64,000 nt of DNA, taken from NCBI GenBank assembly GCA_964016885.1, contig OZ024742.1, forward strand, positions 313,286,001 to 313,350,000, in the 5' to 3' direction. Shown here piece after piece: positions 42,527 through 56,939 of the stretch. The notes beneath the pieces were generated by a model. That model was not told where the DNA came from and searched no databases. It saw only the letters and a program-made list of their open reading frames with translations. Positions within the stretch are counted from its first letter, which is position 1. Each line of letters starts with the position of its first letter. This DNA is from Eledone cirrhosa. Lineage: Eukaryota. Position numbers and translations under genes: made by a program.

Positions 42527-43627
42527 TAGAAGTTGTTACACAACAGTTAGTTCACCATACCGGGCGGCACCCTACTATAACATGGCGTTAGCTAACAGTG
42601 GCTTCTCGCAACCTATCACTTACTCTCCCACTATCAAAAACAGCAACAAGAAAAGAAAGTGTAGCAATAGACCAAGTATCTGGTTCTCTCCTCCCTTCTC
42701 ACTCAACGTTAAAACCAATGTAGGCAAAAAATTTCTAGCCCTCTTAGATAGACACTTTCCCATAAGTTATAAATACCACTCCATCGTTAACTGACACAAA
42801 GTAAAACTAGGATACTCCTGCGCTAAGAACATGAAGGCCCACATCACCAGCAGCCCTAGGAGCAACACCCACCAGGGTGCTCTTGTCGTAAGCCCGAAGC
42901 TTGTCCCCTTCAACAGCAATGCAACACACCTGCTGTAATTTATGAAGCTGTGGTCACTTCCAACCGACCAAATCAACCACAGGAGGTCAAATCCTATGTG
43001 GGTATGGTGGAGGGCCGATTTAAGGAACGTTTCCTGAACCACCAGTTGACCTTTAGGTACCCGGACAGACGTTCATCCACGAAACTCGCGAGCCAAGTAT
43101 GGTCCCTCAAGGACTCAAGTATAGACTACTCCATTCGATGGAAAGTCATCACTAAGTCCAAGCCATACGCAAGGAGAAATCACTCGTGTGGACTATGTAT
43201 TGATGAACGAATAAATATTCTAAAGAGATAATGCAATAGTGAGTGCCTAAACACGAGAAATGAATTCTTCACACGTTGTCCACACATCTCGGAACTCCTC
43301 TTGCATAACTACAAAGCTCCGGATTGAATTATAACATCATAATTTTCTTATCAACTAGAAACTTTTCGGACTTTCGCAGTTATCTCCCTTACACCTGTCG
43401 CACGCATTTTAGTATTGCCTGTGTGAAGTGACCGGTTTCTGCGCATGCGTGTTCGTATGGTTGTCCTTCCTGTTCAGTATAACCATGTCCATTGTGAGCT
43501 GAGGATCCGCTAAGATGAAACAATTGTTCTCGGTATGGTGAACTAACTGTTGTGTAACCACTTCTACCTAACTCGTCCCATGGACTGAGTGTTCTACCAC
43601 TAAGGATATTACCTTCCAGTGTTCTAC

Positions 43628-43631
<4 letters not shown>
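42527..43631 (+). mobile_element. 5'-truncated Penelope-like retroelement (GIY-YIG endonuclease; Naiad-like clade tentative) with inverted 5' tail copy
   Basis: IWFSPPFS..TNVGKKFL..HFP, CSCR...CPL...C, VIY..YVG..FKERFLNH, CGLC..E, with stops and a frameshift. 42527-42562 is the reverse complement of 43531-43566. Both flanks are (TA)n. Confidence 0.88.
43496..43531 (+). ncRNA. minimal HHR in the PLE 3' pLTR
   Basis: gag-CTGAGGA-tc cgctaa ga-t-GAAAC-aatt-GTT/ctc. Confidence 0.75.
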
Positions 43632-45041
<1,410 letters not shown>

Positions 45042-45984
45042 CTCAGTTGACATGGGGATGTATATGTTATATTTTTCTCTTGTCTATTGAAAACCTGAAC
45101 ACCTGTTTTTCTTGCTTGTCAAAGCTTATCAAAATAGCTGAACATTAATTTGTCACATTTATCTGGTGAATCCATTGCTGATATTATTTTCTATAGTTCT
45201 TAGTGAGGCTAAAACCAATATTAGTGCAAATTATTTAGAACTTTGAAGGTACATGACTTAGTGGTTAGAGCATTGGGTTTACAATCATGAGGTTGTGAGT
45301 TCAATTCCATGACCAGGTGGTGTATTGTGTCCTTGGGCAAGACACTTTATCTCACGTTGTTCCAGTTCACTCAACTGGAAAAAAAATGAGTTGTAATGTC
45401 ACTTGTGTGAAGCTGTATTGACCTTTGCTTTTCTCTTGGACATCATCGACAACATAGAGGGGGGTGATTAGTATGCATGGGTGACTGTTGGTCTTCCTTA
45501 AAAACACCTTGACTGGACTTATGTCATGGAGAGGAACTTTCTAGGTGCAAAATTCATGATCTTTCATGACTGAAAGGGGTGTTTACCTTTTATTACTGCA
45601 AATGAAGCCACTGACTAAGTATGTCCTATGTTCAATAGGTTGGCAGAATCATTAGAGCACCAGACAGAATACTTTTACATTCTGAGTTCAAATCCTGCCA
45701 AAGTTAACTTTGCTTTTCATTCTTCCAGGGTTGTTAAAATAAAGCACCAATCAAGTATTGAACATAAATATAATTTCCTCATGCTTCAAATTGCTGGTCT
45801 TGTGCCTACATTAAAAACCATTATTTCCATGCCAGAATTGATATCATCAGCAATCTACAGGCAATTAAATTGCAAATTTTAATCAATCAACGATGTAATT
45901 AAAGTTATGGTCTTTATCAACTAACTTACATACTTTCTTTAAGACAATAGGGTGTGGTTTATGCAGATTTAGCAGCTATTTTTA

Positions 45985-46430
45985 ACAGTAGAGGTGCTCT
46001 CTTTGAACTAATGGTGGAGAGTTATCAGAAATGGTAGATTGACAAGACTTTGAAGCATGACTTTGAAACATGGACAGTAACTGCAGAGGATATGTGTAGG
46101 TCAGAGAGAAATACTTTGATGGATGGGCAATGTTCATGTAAGAGAACGACAGAGCTTGGATGAACTGAGAGAAAAATTTGGTAATCAGAAGTAGTTTGCA
46201 ACACTGCATTGGTATCATAGAGATCACTGGATGAAGAATTGGTAAGAAATCCCTGTGGAAGGTGGCCACAGTAAAGGAAGACTTGGGCAGAGGTGGGGAG
46301 AGCTGATCCCAAATCGATGAAACTCACAGTGGAGATGACAAGGGATTGTGACATGTGGGGAGATACCATGCTTAAAAGGACCTGTCCAACCCATACATAT
46401 GTGGATGATACATAAAAATGATGATGGTGG
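45985..46430 (+). mobile_element. highly decayed RTE family A 3' fragment
   Basis: actgcagaggatatg and aagacttgggcagaggtgg..aaactcacagtggagatgac are similar to 11900-12310. Confidence 0.7.
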
Positions 46431-47721
46431 GGTTGATGATCACAACGATTATGATGATGATGTCATTCTTCAAAATTCTTACTTACTTAGGCTTGTGAGG
46501 CATGGTTAAAAAAAACACAACCGAATCTTTCACAGATGTTACCTTAAGACCACATTAAAAATATCTTAGCATGACCATATAACAAATGAAGAGATTCTGG
46601 TATGGGTTAAGCTTAGTAATCTACAAGATACCATCAACATAAGATGGTGGAATATACTTGGTCATGTACTACACCTGCCCACATGAACGCGCATCAGATG
46701 TGTTGGGATTGAAGGCAGATTAACAGAAAAGCTACCCTATCCCTTATTCATCCCATACTTCTCTTACCTAACTCTCTATCACCCCCCTACACTATTGATC
46801 ACATCCCCGTACATTAATTAACCACCCCTACCTCATACTCATTGACCTGCCAAATCACCACATACACCCATAACTTCATACCTATCTCCCTCTCCTATTA
46901 CCCCCCTCCTCCTCTGAACAGAGAGGGCTTTACAGTTGGATCTATGACCAACAACCTCTCTAGTGATGGTGCCATGAAAATGCACCGGTACACTCCATAA
47001 GGGGATTTGGCAAGAGGAAGTGCACCCCACTGTAGACACCATACCTAAAAGTGTTAAGAGACTCATTAGTTGTGTCAAAGACACATCAACCTCTCTAGTG
47101 CTGGTGATCAACATGAGAAATGCACCCAGTGCACTCTGTTAAGTAGTTGATGATAGAAATGGCATCCAGCCATGGAAAGCTTGCCAAACAAAGGGTTGGG
47201 AGGACCCTTTAGTTATTTCAAAGACGTGACAACCTCCCTGGTGTTAGTGATCTAAACAATAAAAGCACCAAGTACACACTATAAAGAGGTTGGTGTTAAG
47301 AAAGGGCTTCCAGCCATAGAAAGCTTGCCAAACAAGGGGTTGGGAGGACCCTTTAGTTTGTGTCAAAAGACATGACAACTCCTCCTCTGTATTTGATAGA
47401 ATGTATGACCATACATAAACAGATCAGTAGCACCGCTTCAGTACTGAGTTGGTCTATGTAGACTTGTCCAACTGTTGCTAGCAGGGAAAGCAGACATTAA
47501 ATGATGATGATGATGATGACAATGATGATTTTAATATTCATTTATTTGTTTATTTATTTATTTATTTATTTATTTACATCTATTTTTCCATAATTGCTTC
47601 GAAAGGGGAAGGTTTGTTTCTTGGAGAAGTTAATTGGTTTTAGTACAAACCATTCTGCAACGTAGGAGTGGAACCTGTTTCTATTAATTTATTTGTTTAT
47701 TTTCATCATCATCATCATCAC

Positions 47722-47754
<33 letters not shown>

Positions 47755-48134
47755 CATCATCATCATTGTTGTCATGATGATCATTATTATTGGCGCAATC
47801 TTTGTGAGCATCATCCCTCTCCTCATCATCATCATTATCATATCATTCCCAACGCCATTGCCACTGTTGCCACCCACCAGCACCATCACCACCACTACCA
47901 CTAATATTACCAACACCATTGCCACTGCCACTGTTGCCACCCACCACCACCACCACCACCACCATCACCACCACCTGATCTCTGATTTCTGATCTTGATC
48001 AGGAAAACAACAACTTGAGACAGCAACAACCTCATACACAAGAAGAAGTCCTCATATGAACTTAATGTATGGCTATGTAATACATAATCCAGTTTCTTAT
48101 TTCAATATGCCATCAGGGTATTTGAGCATTTTAA

Positions 48135-48354
48135 CCCTTTAGCATTCACATTACTCTATATATACTATTATATTTTCATGGTAATGGCTTTACCTCGCAT
48201 AATTATCTCACATAAGATCGAATCTATGAGATTTTGAAAGAATTTATTTTGAGAACAATACCTTAACATCAGTTTGAGCGACCAGTTACAGCTGGTTTCA
48301 ACAGAAAAGGGTAGAGAATTCTAGCCAGTTTTGGCTGGCTTGAACATTAAAGGG
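48135..48354. mobile_element. piggyBac-type MITE
   Basis: TTAA|ccctttagcattca ... tgaacattaaaggg|TTAA. Confidence 0.75.
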
Positions 48355-49022
48355 TTAAACCAGGCAGAGCCCATCTCTCTCTAGTTTTTAGATGCACTAT
48401 GTCTACATACACATACATACACATACACATACATACACATAAACATGCATACACATACATGCACACACACACACACACTCACACACACACAACACAGGCA
48501 CACATATGTACTCATATGCACATGTACATATATGCACATAGACAATTCTTCTCATGGTAAGATATTGCAAAGTGTCTCTGCTTGCTATATTTGTATGTGT
48601 GTTTATGTGTGTGAGTATTTGTGTCTATGTTTGTAGGTGTGTATATCTATGAATGTGTGTACATATATGTCTATGTATGTGTGTATGAGTATGTTTGTCT
48701 ATGTTTGTGTGTGTGTATGTAAGTATGTGTCTCTGCTGTAGAATACTCTAGGACTCCAGATATGTGATTTCTGTTCTCTTTTGAAGATTATATAACAATC
48801 AAAGCCTGTCAAGTTTCTATTAAGTTTTAAACTCATTCCTTAACTCTCTCTCTCTCTCTCTTTCTCTCTCTAGATCGCAATAATACATACACACATATAT
48901 ATATATATATATATATATTTATGTATATATATATAATAATAATAAATGTGAAGACTAAAATCCGAAGAGGGCTTGATAAGGATAAAATATATATCAAATA
49001 TATATAAAAACCGTAGAGCAAA

Positions 49023-49143
49023 TATTTATTAAAGTAACAGATTAAAGTTTAAGCAAAGAATTGCTGCTTTCATCCAGAAGATCCCATTAAGGATGAAAGC
49101 AGCGATTCTTTGCTTAAACTTTAATCTATTATTTTAATAAATA
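49023..49143 (+). ncRNA. fold-back element with a degenerate HHR at the turn
   Basis: 53-bp arms; centre CAGAAGA-tcc cattaa gga-t-GAAAG cagcga TTC. Confidence 0.6.
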
Positions 49144-49977
49144 AATAAATATATATATATATATATATATTTATCATCATCATCGTCAACATCAATTTTA
49201 CTTTTCATGGTGGCATGGGTTGGATAGGACTTTTTGAGGCAATGTTTTATAGCTGATTACCTTTCCTGATTCCAACCCTTTTAGTCATTTCTTATGATAT
49301 GCAAGACTATATATGTATATATATACACACACACATATATATAGAGAGAGAGAGAGATATATATACAGATATATATATCCCAGTTATATCAATGGCATGA
49401 CAACCTTCCTAGCATTGGTGATCTACATAATAAAAGCACCCAGTACATGCTGTAAAGGGATTAACGATAGGAAGGGCATCCAGCTGCAGAAAGCTTGCCA
49501 AACAATGGATTAGGAGGACTCTTCAGTTGTGTTAAAGGCATAACCTCTCTAGTGTTGGTGCCATGCAAAATGCACTTGGTAGAATGTAAACCATATGTGA
49601 CATGCAAACCCCTAGGCTGTTTGGGAGGTTAGTGGCCCCGCTTCAGTACAGACTCAGTCTGTGAAGATCCATCCAACCCATATTAGGTTCATTTATCATA
49701 GCTTGGTAAAAAAAAAAGGCATTTCACTCATTTACCAGACTCCTTACTTTTCATACATGACTTCTTGGAGAGCTGAGAGGGCTTCATGTGGACTGTGGTG
49801 GGGGAGCTGAGAGCCATTCTAGATGTGCTTTCAACAATGAAAGGATTGCTGGGTTAAGTGTGGTAGACACAAGGAGTTAACTTTAAAGGGAATTAACTAT
49901 TGATCCTCACCATGTATGTAACTTTTTTTCTAGCCTAAGGGCGGATAATTTTCTGACAAGCCTTATGATTATAAATT

Positions 49978-50027
<50 letters not shown>

Positions 50028-50081
50028 GTATATAAATTCATGTATGCATATTTTTATACATATATATGTATCCATAGTCAT

Positions 50082-50735
50082 ATGGTGGCTGCAAACTCTG
50101 CTAAGAGTATTGCAATCGCTTGTCAGATTACAGAAAATGGTGCATCTTTAGTCTATGGCCAGCCACACGAACCTGTAACAGATCCTGAACAAGCAATGTC
50201 TATGCTTTGAAGGTTTTTTTTAAAGTGGTGAAACGCCCTGCATTTGACCAATCCCACTCTCTAAGCATCGAAAACACTACCTGAAAAGGAGAACTGGCCA
50301 ACATCATCAAATGTTTCCGAAGCTGAAGGTTTTTTTTCAGGGGTTCCCTCTCCTAGAAAGGTGTTGTGGCAACAACTGGGGGCCTTTCACTCCCAACATG
50401 CTCATATACATGCATACATACATGGTGGCTGCCAACTCGTTTTCGCGTACGGCCACTACTTTATATCCATGTAGGAGAACCTCTACCGATGCGTTGAACG
50501 AGTGTGACTTTCTAGTCCGGCCAGCGACTTGAAAACTCTGGTACAAACACTACACTTGTGACAATTATTGACACATAGTGCTGGGCCCATGGTACCATGT
50601 GACGACAAGTGCAGAGAGATCTCCAGATATAAAGCAATGCCTGTGCCGTGAAGCTTTTATAGTGAGCAAAGGCACTGCACAAAGCCAGTCCCACTCTCTT
50701 AACCAAGATGATATTTACATACATACATACATACA
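50082..50735 (+). mobile_element. two different ~300-bp repeats in tandem, both starting atggtggctgcMaactc and ending in (acat)n
   Basis: Starts at 50082 and 50422. Confidence 0.6.
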
Positions 50736-51130
50736 TGAGTGTGTGTATATATACCCATTTCCCCCCTTCCTTTCTCTCTTTTATTAGCTTCCTTCTTTCT
50801 AGTTATCTGCTCGTTTGCTCTCACATTCAGTTTCCCACCTCTATCTCTAGCTCTCCATTTATATATATTTATTTGGTTCTTTCTCTCTATGTATATATAT
50901 TTATTTATATATATATATATATGGTAAATTTCTTTAAGTAGTTTGGAAGCCTCGACAATGCAGATGGGTAAATCTCCGGGTAACAAGATCCGGTGGTGGA
51001 GAGAGAGAGATGTAAGTGGGTGTACGTTGAGATGTGTGGCGTGTATAAGACCTTGAGTTACCTTGGGAGAGATTTAATATATATATATATAATATATGTT
51101 TGTATATATGTATATATATATATATATATA

Positions 51131-52157
51131 TGTGAATATAGACATAGAATATTCGAAAATATTCTGTATGTTTATAATAAACATTTTGAAGACCTAATCG
51201 CTATAGAATAGAATACGTCACGTATTACAATTAGATTCTCGATAAAAGCAAGGGAAGTAATCTACGCGTTTCATTCTTGTTAGAAATCTTCAGGACTACA
51301 TATCCAGTGCTTTTATCGAGAATGACACAGCTAGAGACTTATAGAATACTTAGCTGTGTACAGGAACTGGTTTGAAAGAGCGGTTGCCGGTCCGGCAGAA
51401 ATTAGAAATTGGAATCAATGCTCTGAAATAGCGATATATATGTGAATATAGACATAGAATATTCGAAAATATTCTGTATGTTTATAATAAACATTTTGAA
51501 GACCTAATCGCTATAGAATAGAATACGTCACGTATTACAATTAGATTCTCGATAAAAGCAAGGGAAGTAATCTACGCGTTTCATTCTTGTTAGAAATCTT
51601 CAGGACTACATATCCAGTGCTTTTATCGAGAATGACACAGCTAGAGACTTATAGAATACTTAGCTGTGTACAGGAACTGGTTTGAAAGAGCGGTTGCCGG
51701 TCCGGCAGAAATTAGAAATTGGAATCAATGCTCTGAAATAGCGATATATATGTGAATATAGACATAGAATATTCGAAAATATTCTGTATGTTTATAATAA
51801 ACATTTTGAAGACCTAATCGCTATAGAATAGAATACGTCACGCTAATTTCTAATTTCTGCCGGACCGGCAACCGCTCTTTCAAACCAGTTCCTGTACACA
51901 GCTAAGTATTCTATAAGTCTCTAGCTGTGTCATTCTCGATAAAAGCACTGGATATGTAGTCCTGAAGATTTCTAACAAGAATGAAACGCGTAGATTACTT
52001 CCCTTGCTTTTATCGAGAATCTAATTGTAATACGTGACGTATTCTATTCTATAGCGATTAGGTCTTCAAAATGTTTATTATAAACATACAGAATATTTTC
52101 GAATATTCTATGTCTATATTCACATATATATCGCTATTTCAGAGCATTGATTCCAAT
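51131..52157. repeat. 310-bp HHR-containing tandem repeat (2.3 units) plus one inverted, circularly permuted unit; retrozyme-like
   Basis: Units at 51131, 51441 and 51751 (partial, to 51842); the inverted copy at 51845-52157 spans the unit junction; (TA)n on both sides. Confidence 0.93.
51932..52020 (+). ncRNA. type I hammerhead ribozyme with extended stem I (minus-strand copies at 51257-51299 and 51567-51609)
   Basis: attctcgataaaagca-ctggatat-gtagtc-CTGAAGA-t-ttc taacaa gaa-t-GAAAC-gc-GTA/gattac-ttccct-tgcttttatcgagaat. Confidence 0.93.
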
Positions 52158-52452
52158 ATATATATATGTTTGCATATATATATATGTATGTAAAAGGTAA
52201 ACAGAAATAATATATATATAATATATATGTTTGTATATATATGCATATATTTATATATATATACATATATATATAGAAAAGATAACAAGGACGATTGGTT
52301 ACTCCTTCATTACATTTATTGGTAGGTGACGCTCGTTTCACCACTGATCAGCTCAAGATTTGATCTGTATCGATCTTACCCAACTCTGTAATCTGCAGCT
52401 CGACGGACCCCTCAATGGAATTGCAAGTTACACTCCTTAGATATACATGAGC

Positions 52453-52943
52453 TGATAAACTCCGACATCACACACTTACACCTCTCCAAGACAATGTCAC
52501 TGGACCGAGACCTTTGGCGGTACTCAGTAACAGAGAAGACCCGCCTTACCTAAATATATAGTAAAACCTACTCCAGCCAGTAGGCATCTCTAACAAAATA
52601 CACCCCGTCCCACCACCACCCCCACCCCATCCACACCACCCCGTTCTATGTAAAGTTATGTTGGTGCCGCGCCATCGAGGCCGAAACAAATGAGATCGTG
52701 TAGGTGTCACGACAAAAAAACACACAGTCCACGCTGTAATGTGGCCGTGTAGGCAACACGGTAAAAACCTCCCAGACCCACACTGTAAATGTGGTTGGTG
52801 TTAGGAAGGGCATCCAACTGTAGAAAACCCGCCAGACAGTCCTATGCGAGCAAGACAATCACTCTTGCCTCAAGTGGGACTACCCCCGTCCAAACCCATG
52901 CAAGCGTGGAACACGGACGTTAAACGTTGATGATGATGATGAT
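52453..52943 (+). mobile_element. RTE family B 3' end
   Basis: Reverse complement of the 60147-60650 region; (gat)n tail. Another 3'UTR copy at 57047-57545 has an internal duplication. Confidence 0.88.
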
Positions 52944-53039
52944 ATATATAATTGTTTGTATATGTATATATATATCATCATCATCATATTACGTCCGCTC
53001 TTCCCTGCTTGCAAGGGTGAGACGTCATATATATATATA

Positions 53040-53078
53040 CAGGGTGTGGACGATATTTGTTCGCAAGATTACTGTCTA
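53040..53078. mobile_element. solo maT/mariner TIR
   Basis: ta|cagggtgtggacgatatttgttcgcaagattactgtcta. Confidence 0.8.
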
Positions 53079-53094
53079 CATATATATATATATG

Positions 53095-53155
<61 letters not shown>

Positions 53156-53326
53156 TTAGTTAAGCAAAACAAGACCACATGAACCCAGCCACCTAGCTGC
53201 TTTCTACTGCATATTGCACATTGAGCACATGCCTTTACGCTTTGGCTTCTAACTAATTCACCAATCTCTCCTCTCCTATCTCCTCTCCTATCTCCATCTC
53301 TCTCTTTAAGATTGGTTACTCTTGAA

Positions 53327-53362
<36 letters not shown>

Positions 53363-53366
<4 letters not shown>

Positions 53367-53525
53367 CGGAGGAAATGTGGTAAGGAACCAGGTGGACCAT
53401 AACGCACCAAAGTACTCAATACTTAGGGTACCTACTCGTTCCTATTACCCACTCTACTACCCTAAGTATTGAGTACTTTGGTGCATTATGGTCCACCTGG
53501 TTCCTTACCACATTTCCTTTGTTAT
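53363..53525. repeat. palindromic copy of the 42013 family in (TA)n
   Basis: 68-bp arms 53363-53430 / 53458-53525. Confidence 0.85.
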
Positions 53526-53563
53526 ATATATATATATATATATGATGATGATGATATATATAC

Positions 53564-53598
<35 letters not shown>

Positions 53599-53644
53599 TG
53601 TATGTATATTTATATATGTATGTATATTTATATATGTATATATA

Positions 53645-55888
53645 TCATCATCATCATCATCGTTTAACGTCCATCTTCCACACTTGCATGGGTTTGGACG
53701 GGAGTTTTCCCACTTGAGGCAAGAGTGGTTGTCTTGCTCGCATAGGACTTTCTGGCGGGTTTTCTACAGCTGGATGCCCTTCCTAACACCAACCACATTT
53801 ACAGTGTGGGTCTGGGAGGTTTTTACCGTGTTACCTACACGCCCACATTACAGTGTGGACTGTGTGTTTATTTGTCGTGACACCTACACGACCTCATTTG
53901 TTTTGGACTGGATGATGTGGTACCAACATAACTTTACATTGAAAGGGGTGGTGGTAGTGGGACGGGGTGTATTTTTGTTAGAGGTGCCTACTGACTGTAG
54001 TAGGTTTCACTTTGTACTTAGGTAAGGCGGTTCTTCTGTATTACTGTGTAGTGCCAAAGATCTCGGTCCAGTGACATTGTCTTGGAGAGGTGTAAGTGTG
54101 TGAGGTCGGAATTTATCAAGTCGTCCCAGGTTTTTCTGGGTCTGCCTACTCCGTGGCTACCGTCTATTTTTATTGCCCTGCACTTTTTTATACAGCTGTC
54201 GTCTTTCATGCACATCACGTGACCATACCAACGTAGTCTTCTCTCGAGTAAACAACATCTGATCCCTCTTATTTCTAATTTTTCCCTTAGTTCGTTTATG
54301 CTTTGCCGTTCACGTATATTACTATTACACATCCAGCGGAGCATGCAAGCTTCGTTCCTCTCCAGTCTGCGTATATCCTCTGCACACAATGCCCAGGTCT
54401 CACTGCCATGTAACATTGCTGTTCGTATGCAGGCATCATACAGCCTGCCTTTCATTTTTAGAGAGAACCCTTTAGCGGCTAATAGTGGTATAAGCTCTCT
54501 GAACTTTTTCCATCCAGTTCTGACTCTAGCTACTGTACTTTCAGAGCACCCTCCACCACTGCTGATTTTGTCACCCAAGTAACAGAAAGTGTCAACTATT
54601 TCTATAGAACCATCTTGCTGCTACTTATTGCACCAGAGCACCGGCCACATATAAAATCTATATTCTTAGTTAGCTTACCTGTGATCCCACTACATCTTTT
54701 ATGTACCCATACTTTGCATTTGGGACATAAAATGAAGTTTCTGCCTACTCCTTTCCTACACACTGAGCATGGCCATTTCCCAGATGGGACCGGTGCCCTA
54801 TTTTCCTTCCTACAAACTAAAACTTTAGTCTTAGACAAGTTAACTTTAAGGCCTTTTGATTCTAGGCCATGCTTCCATGTTTGGAATTTCTTCTCTAATT
54901 CAGCCATTGATTCAGCTATGAGCGTTAGATCATCTGCGTATAGGAGTTCCCATGGGCAGCCGGTCTTGAATTCCACTGTTATAGCCTGAAGGGCAATAAT
55001 AAATAGTAGGGGGCTAAGAACGGAGTCCTGATGAACACCAACTTTTACGCTAAAATCTTCACTATATTCGTTGTTAATTCTAACCTTGCTGACTGTTTCT
55101 TTATACATGGCTTGTATAGCTCTCACAAGCCATTCATCAACACCTAGTTTTCTAAGAGCCCACCAGATAATGGAACGCGGGACTCTGTCAAAGGCTTTCT
55201 CCAAGTTGACAAAAGCTAAGTATAGGGGTTTACTTTTAGCTAGGTACTTCTCCTGTAGATGTCGTACAATGAAAAGAGCGTCTGTGGTACTTTTATCTGA
55301 CACAAACCCGAACTGCATTTCATCTAGATCAATTCGCTCTCTGATTTGTTGCGCTATTACTTTTTCTGTGACCTTCATGACCTGGTCGATTAATTTAATG
55401 CCTCTATAGTTTCCCCTATCTAGGGCGTCTCCTTTACCCTTGTAACAGTTAATGAGGATGCTTCTACGCCAGTCCTTCGGAACAACCCCATTCTGTATGA
55501 CTTGGTTTACTATCCGGGTGACCATAGTGTCTCCCACCATTCCGGAAGCATTCAGCATTTCAGCAACTATTTCCAAAGGCCCAGCCGCCTTACCCGTCTT
55601 CATATCTTCGATTGCCTTACTTATTATACTACCTTCGACTAACACTGCTGGTCCCTCTATTGGATCGATGTGGGGGGGAGACTGTCTTTCTCCCATTTAT
55701 TCTCCTCATATAGTAGCCTTTCGTAGTGACACTTCCAAGCTACCTTCTTATCAGCGTCTGTGATAGCAAGTATGCCATCATCATTAAGTACACACTTCTT
55801 CCCAACAATATTACGGTTTTCCTTGACACATTGCCTAGCAATCCTGAACACCTCATGTTGTTGGTCCTCGCGTTGTAGAACATGCTTG
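53645..55888 (-). mobile_element. RTE LINE family B, 5'-truncated, frameshifted
   Basis: ORFs 54602..55696 and 54018..54578 with RT motifs and the PHD-like finger. Confidence 0.95.
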
Positions 55889-55925
55889 AACTTTATATAT
55901 ATATATGTATGTATATTTATATATG

Positions 55926-55994
<69 letters not shown>

Positions 55995-56111
55995 TTATAT
56001 ATGTATATATATATGTGTACGTATATTTATATATGTATATATATATATATGTATGTATATTAATATATTTATATATGTATATATATATATATGTATGTAT
56101 ATTTATATATG

Positions 56112-56145
<34 letters not shown>

Positions 56146-56245
56146 TGTATGTATATTTATATATGTATATATATATATATATGTGTGTATGTATATTTAT
56201 ATATGTATATATATATATGTATGTATATTTATATATTTATATATG

Positions 56246-56276
<31 letters not shown>

Positions 56277-56344
56277 ATTTATATATGTATATATATATAT
56301 GTATGTATATTTATATATGTATATATATATGTATATATATATGT

Positions 56345-56890
56345 AGATAAATCTACCAAGAGTTTACGGTAGTGTCCAATCCGTATGAAGGACTCAATGT
56401 ATTCCGGATATCATGGAAAGAAGAGATGTAATGAAAATCCACTTTCGGTGAAAGATAAACGGTATACAGAGTCAAGATAAAATATTAAAGAAATAATGAA
56501 TAAACAATTCCTTATATTAAACAAAAAAAGTTCATTATTTAACGATCGTTTCTAGGGTATATATGTGTTATAATTGGTATGCATATTCAACAGATCTATG
56601 TACAAAATTATACAAAATTATACAAATTATCAAGATTAAATATACATACCTAACACATATATACGCCGTCTTCAGAAGACGGCGTATATATGTGAAGACG
56701 GCGTATATATGTGTTAGGTATGTATATTTAATCTTGATAATTTGTATAATTTTGTATAATTTTGTACATAGATCTGTTGAATATGCATACCAATTATAAC
56801 ACATATATACCCTAGAAACGATCGTTAAATAATGAACTTTTTTTGTTTAATATAAGGAATTGTTTATTCATTATTTCTTTAATATTTTAT
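56345..56890 (-). ncRNA. ~200-bp-arm palindromic element turning at an HHR core; HHR has a very long stem II
   Basis: Arms 56477-56674 / ~56693-56890. Minus strand: tt-CTGAAGA(56675-56669)-~115-nt hairpin-GAAAC-gatc-GTT/aa. Confidence 0.7.
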
Positions 56891-56907
56891 GTATATATAT
56901 ATATATG

Positions 56908-56939
<32 letters not shown>

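Noticed and set aside
42792-42794. In-frame TGA in the PLE as a selenocysteine codon
   Set aside because: It is not at an obvious Cys position and is more simply CGA>TGA decay; the copy also has a frameshift and a TAA stop.
56563-56804. Near-identical 78-aa ORFs on both strands
   Set aside because: A trivial consequence of the DNA palindrome.
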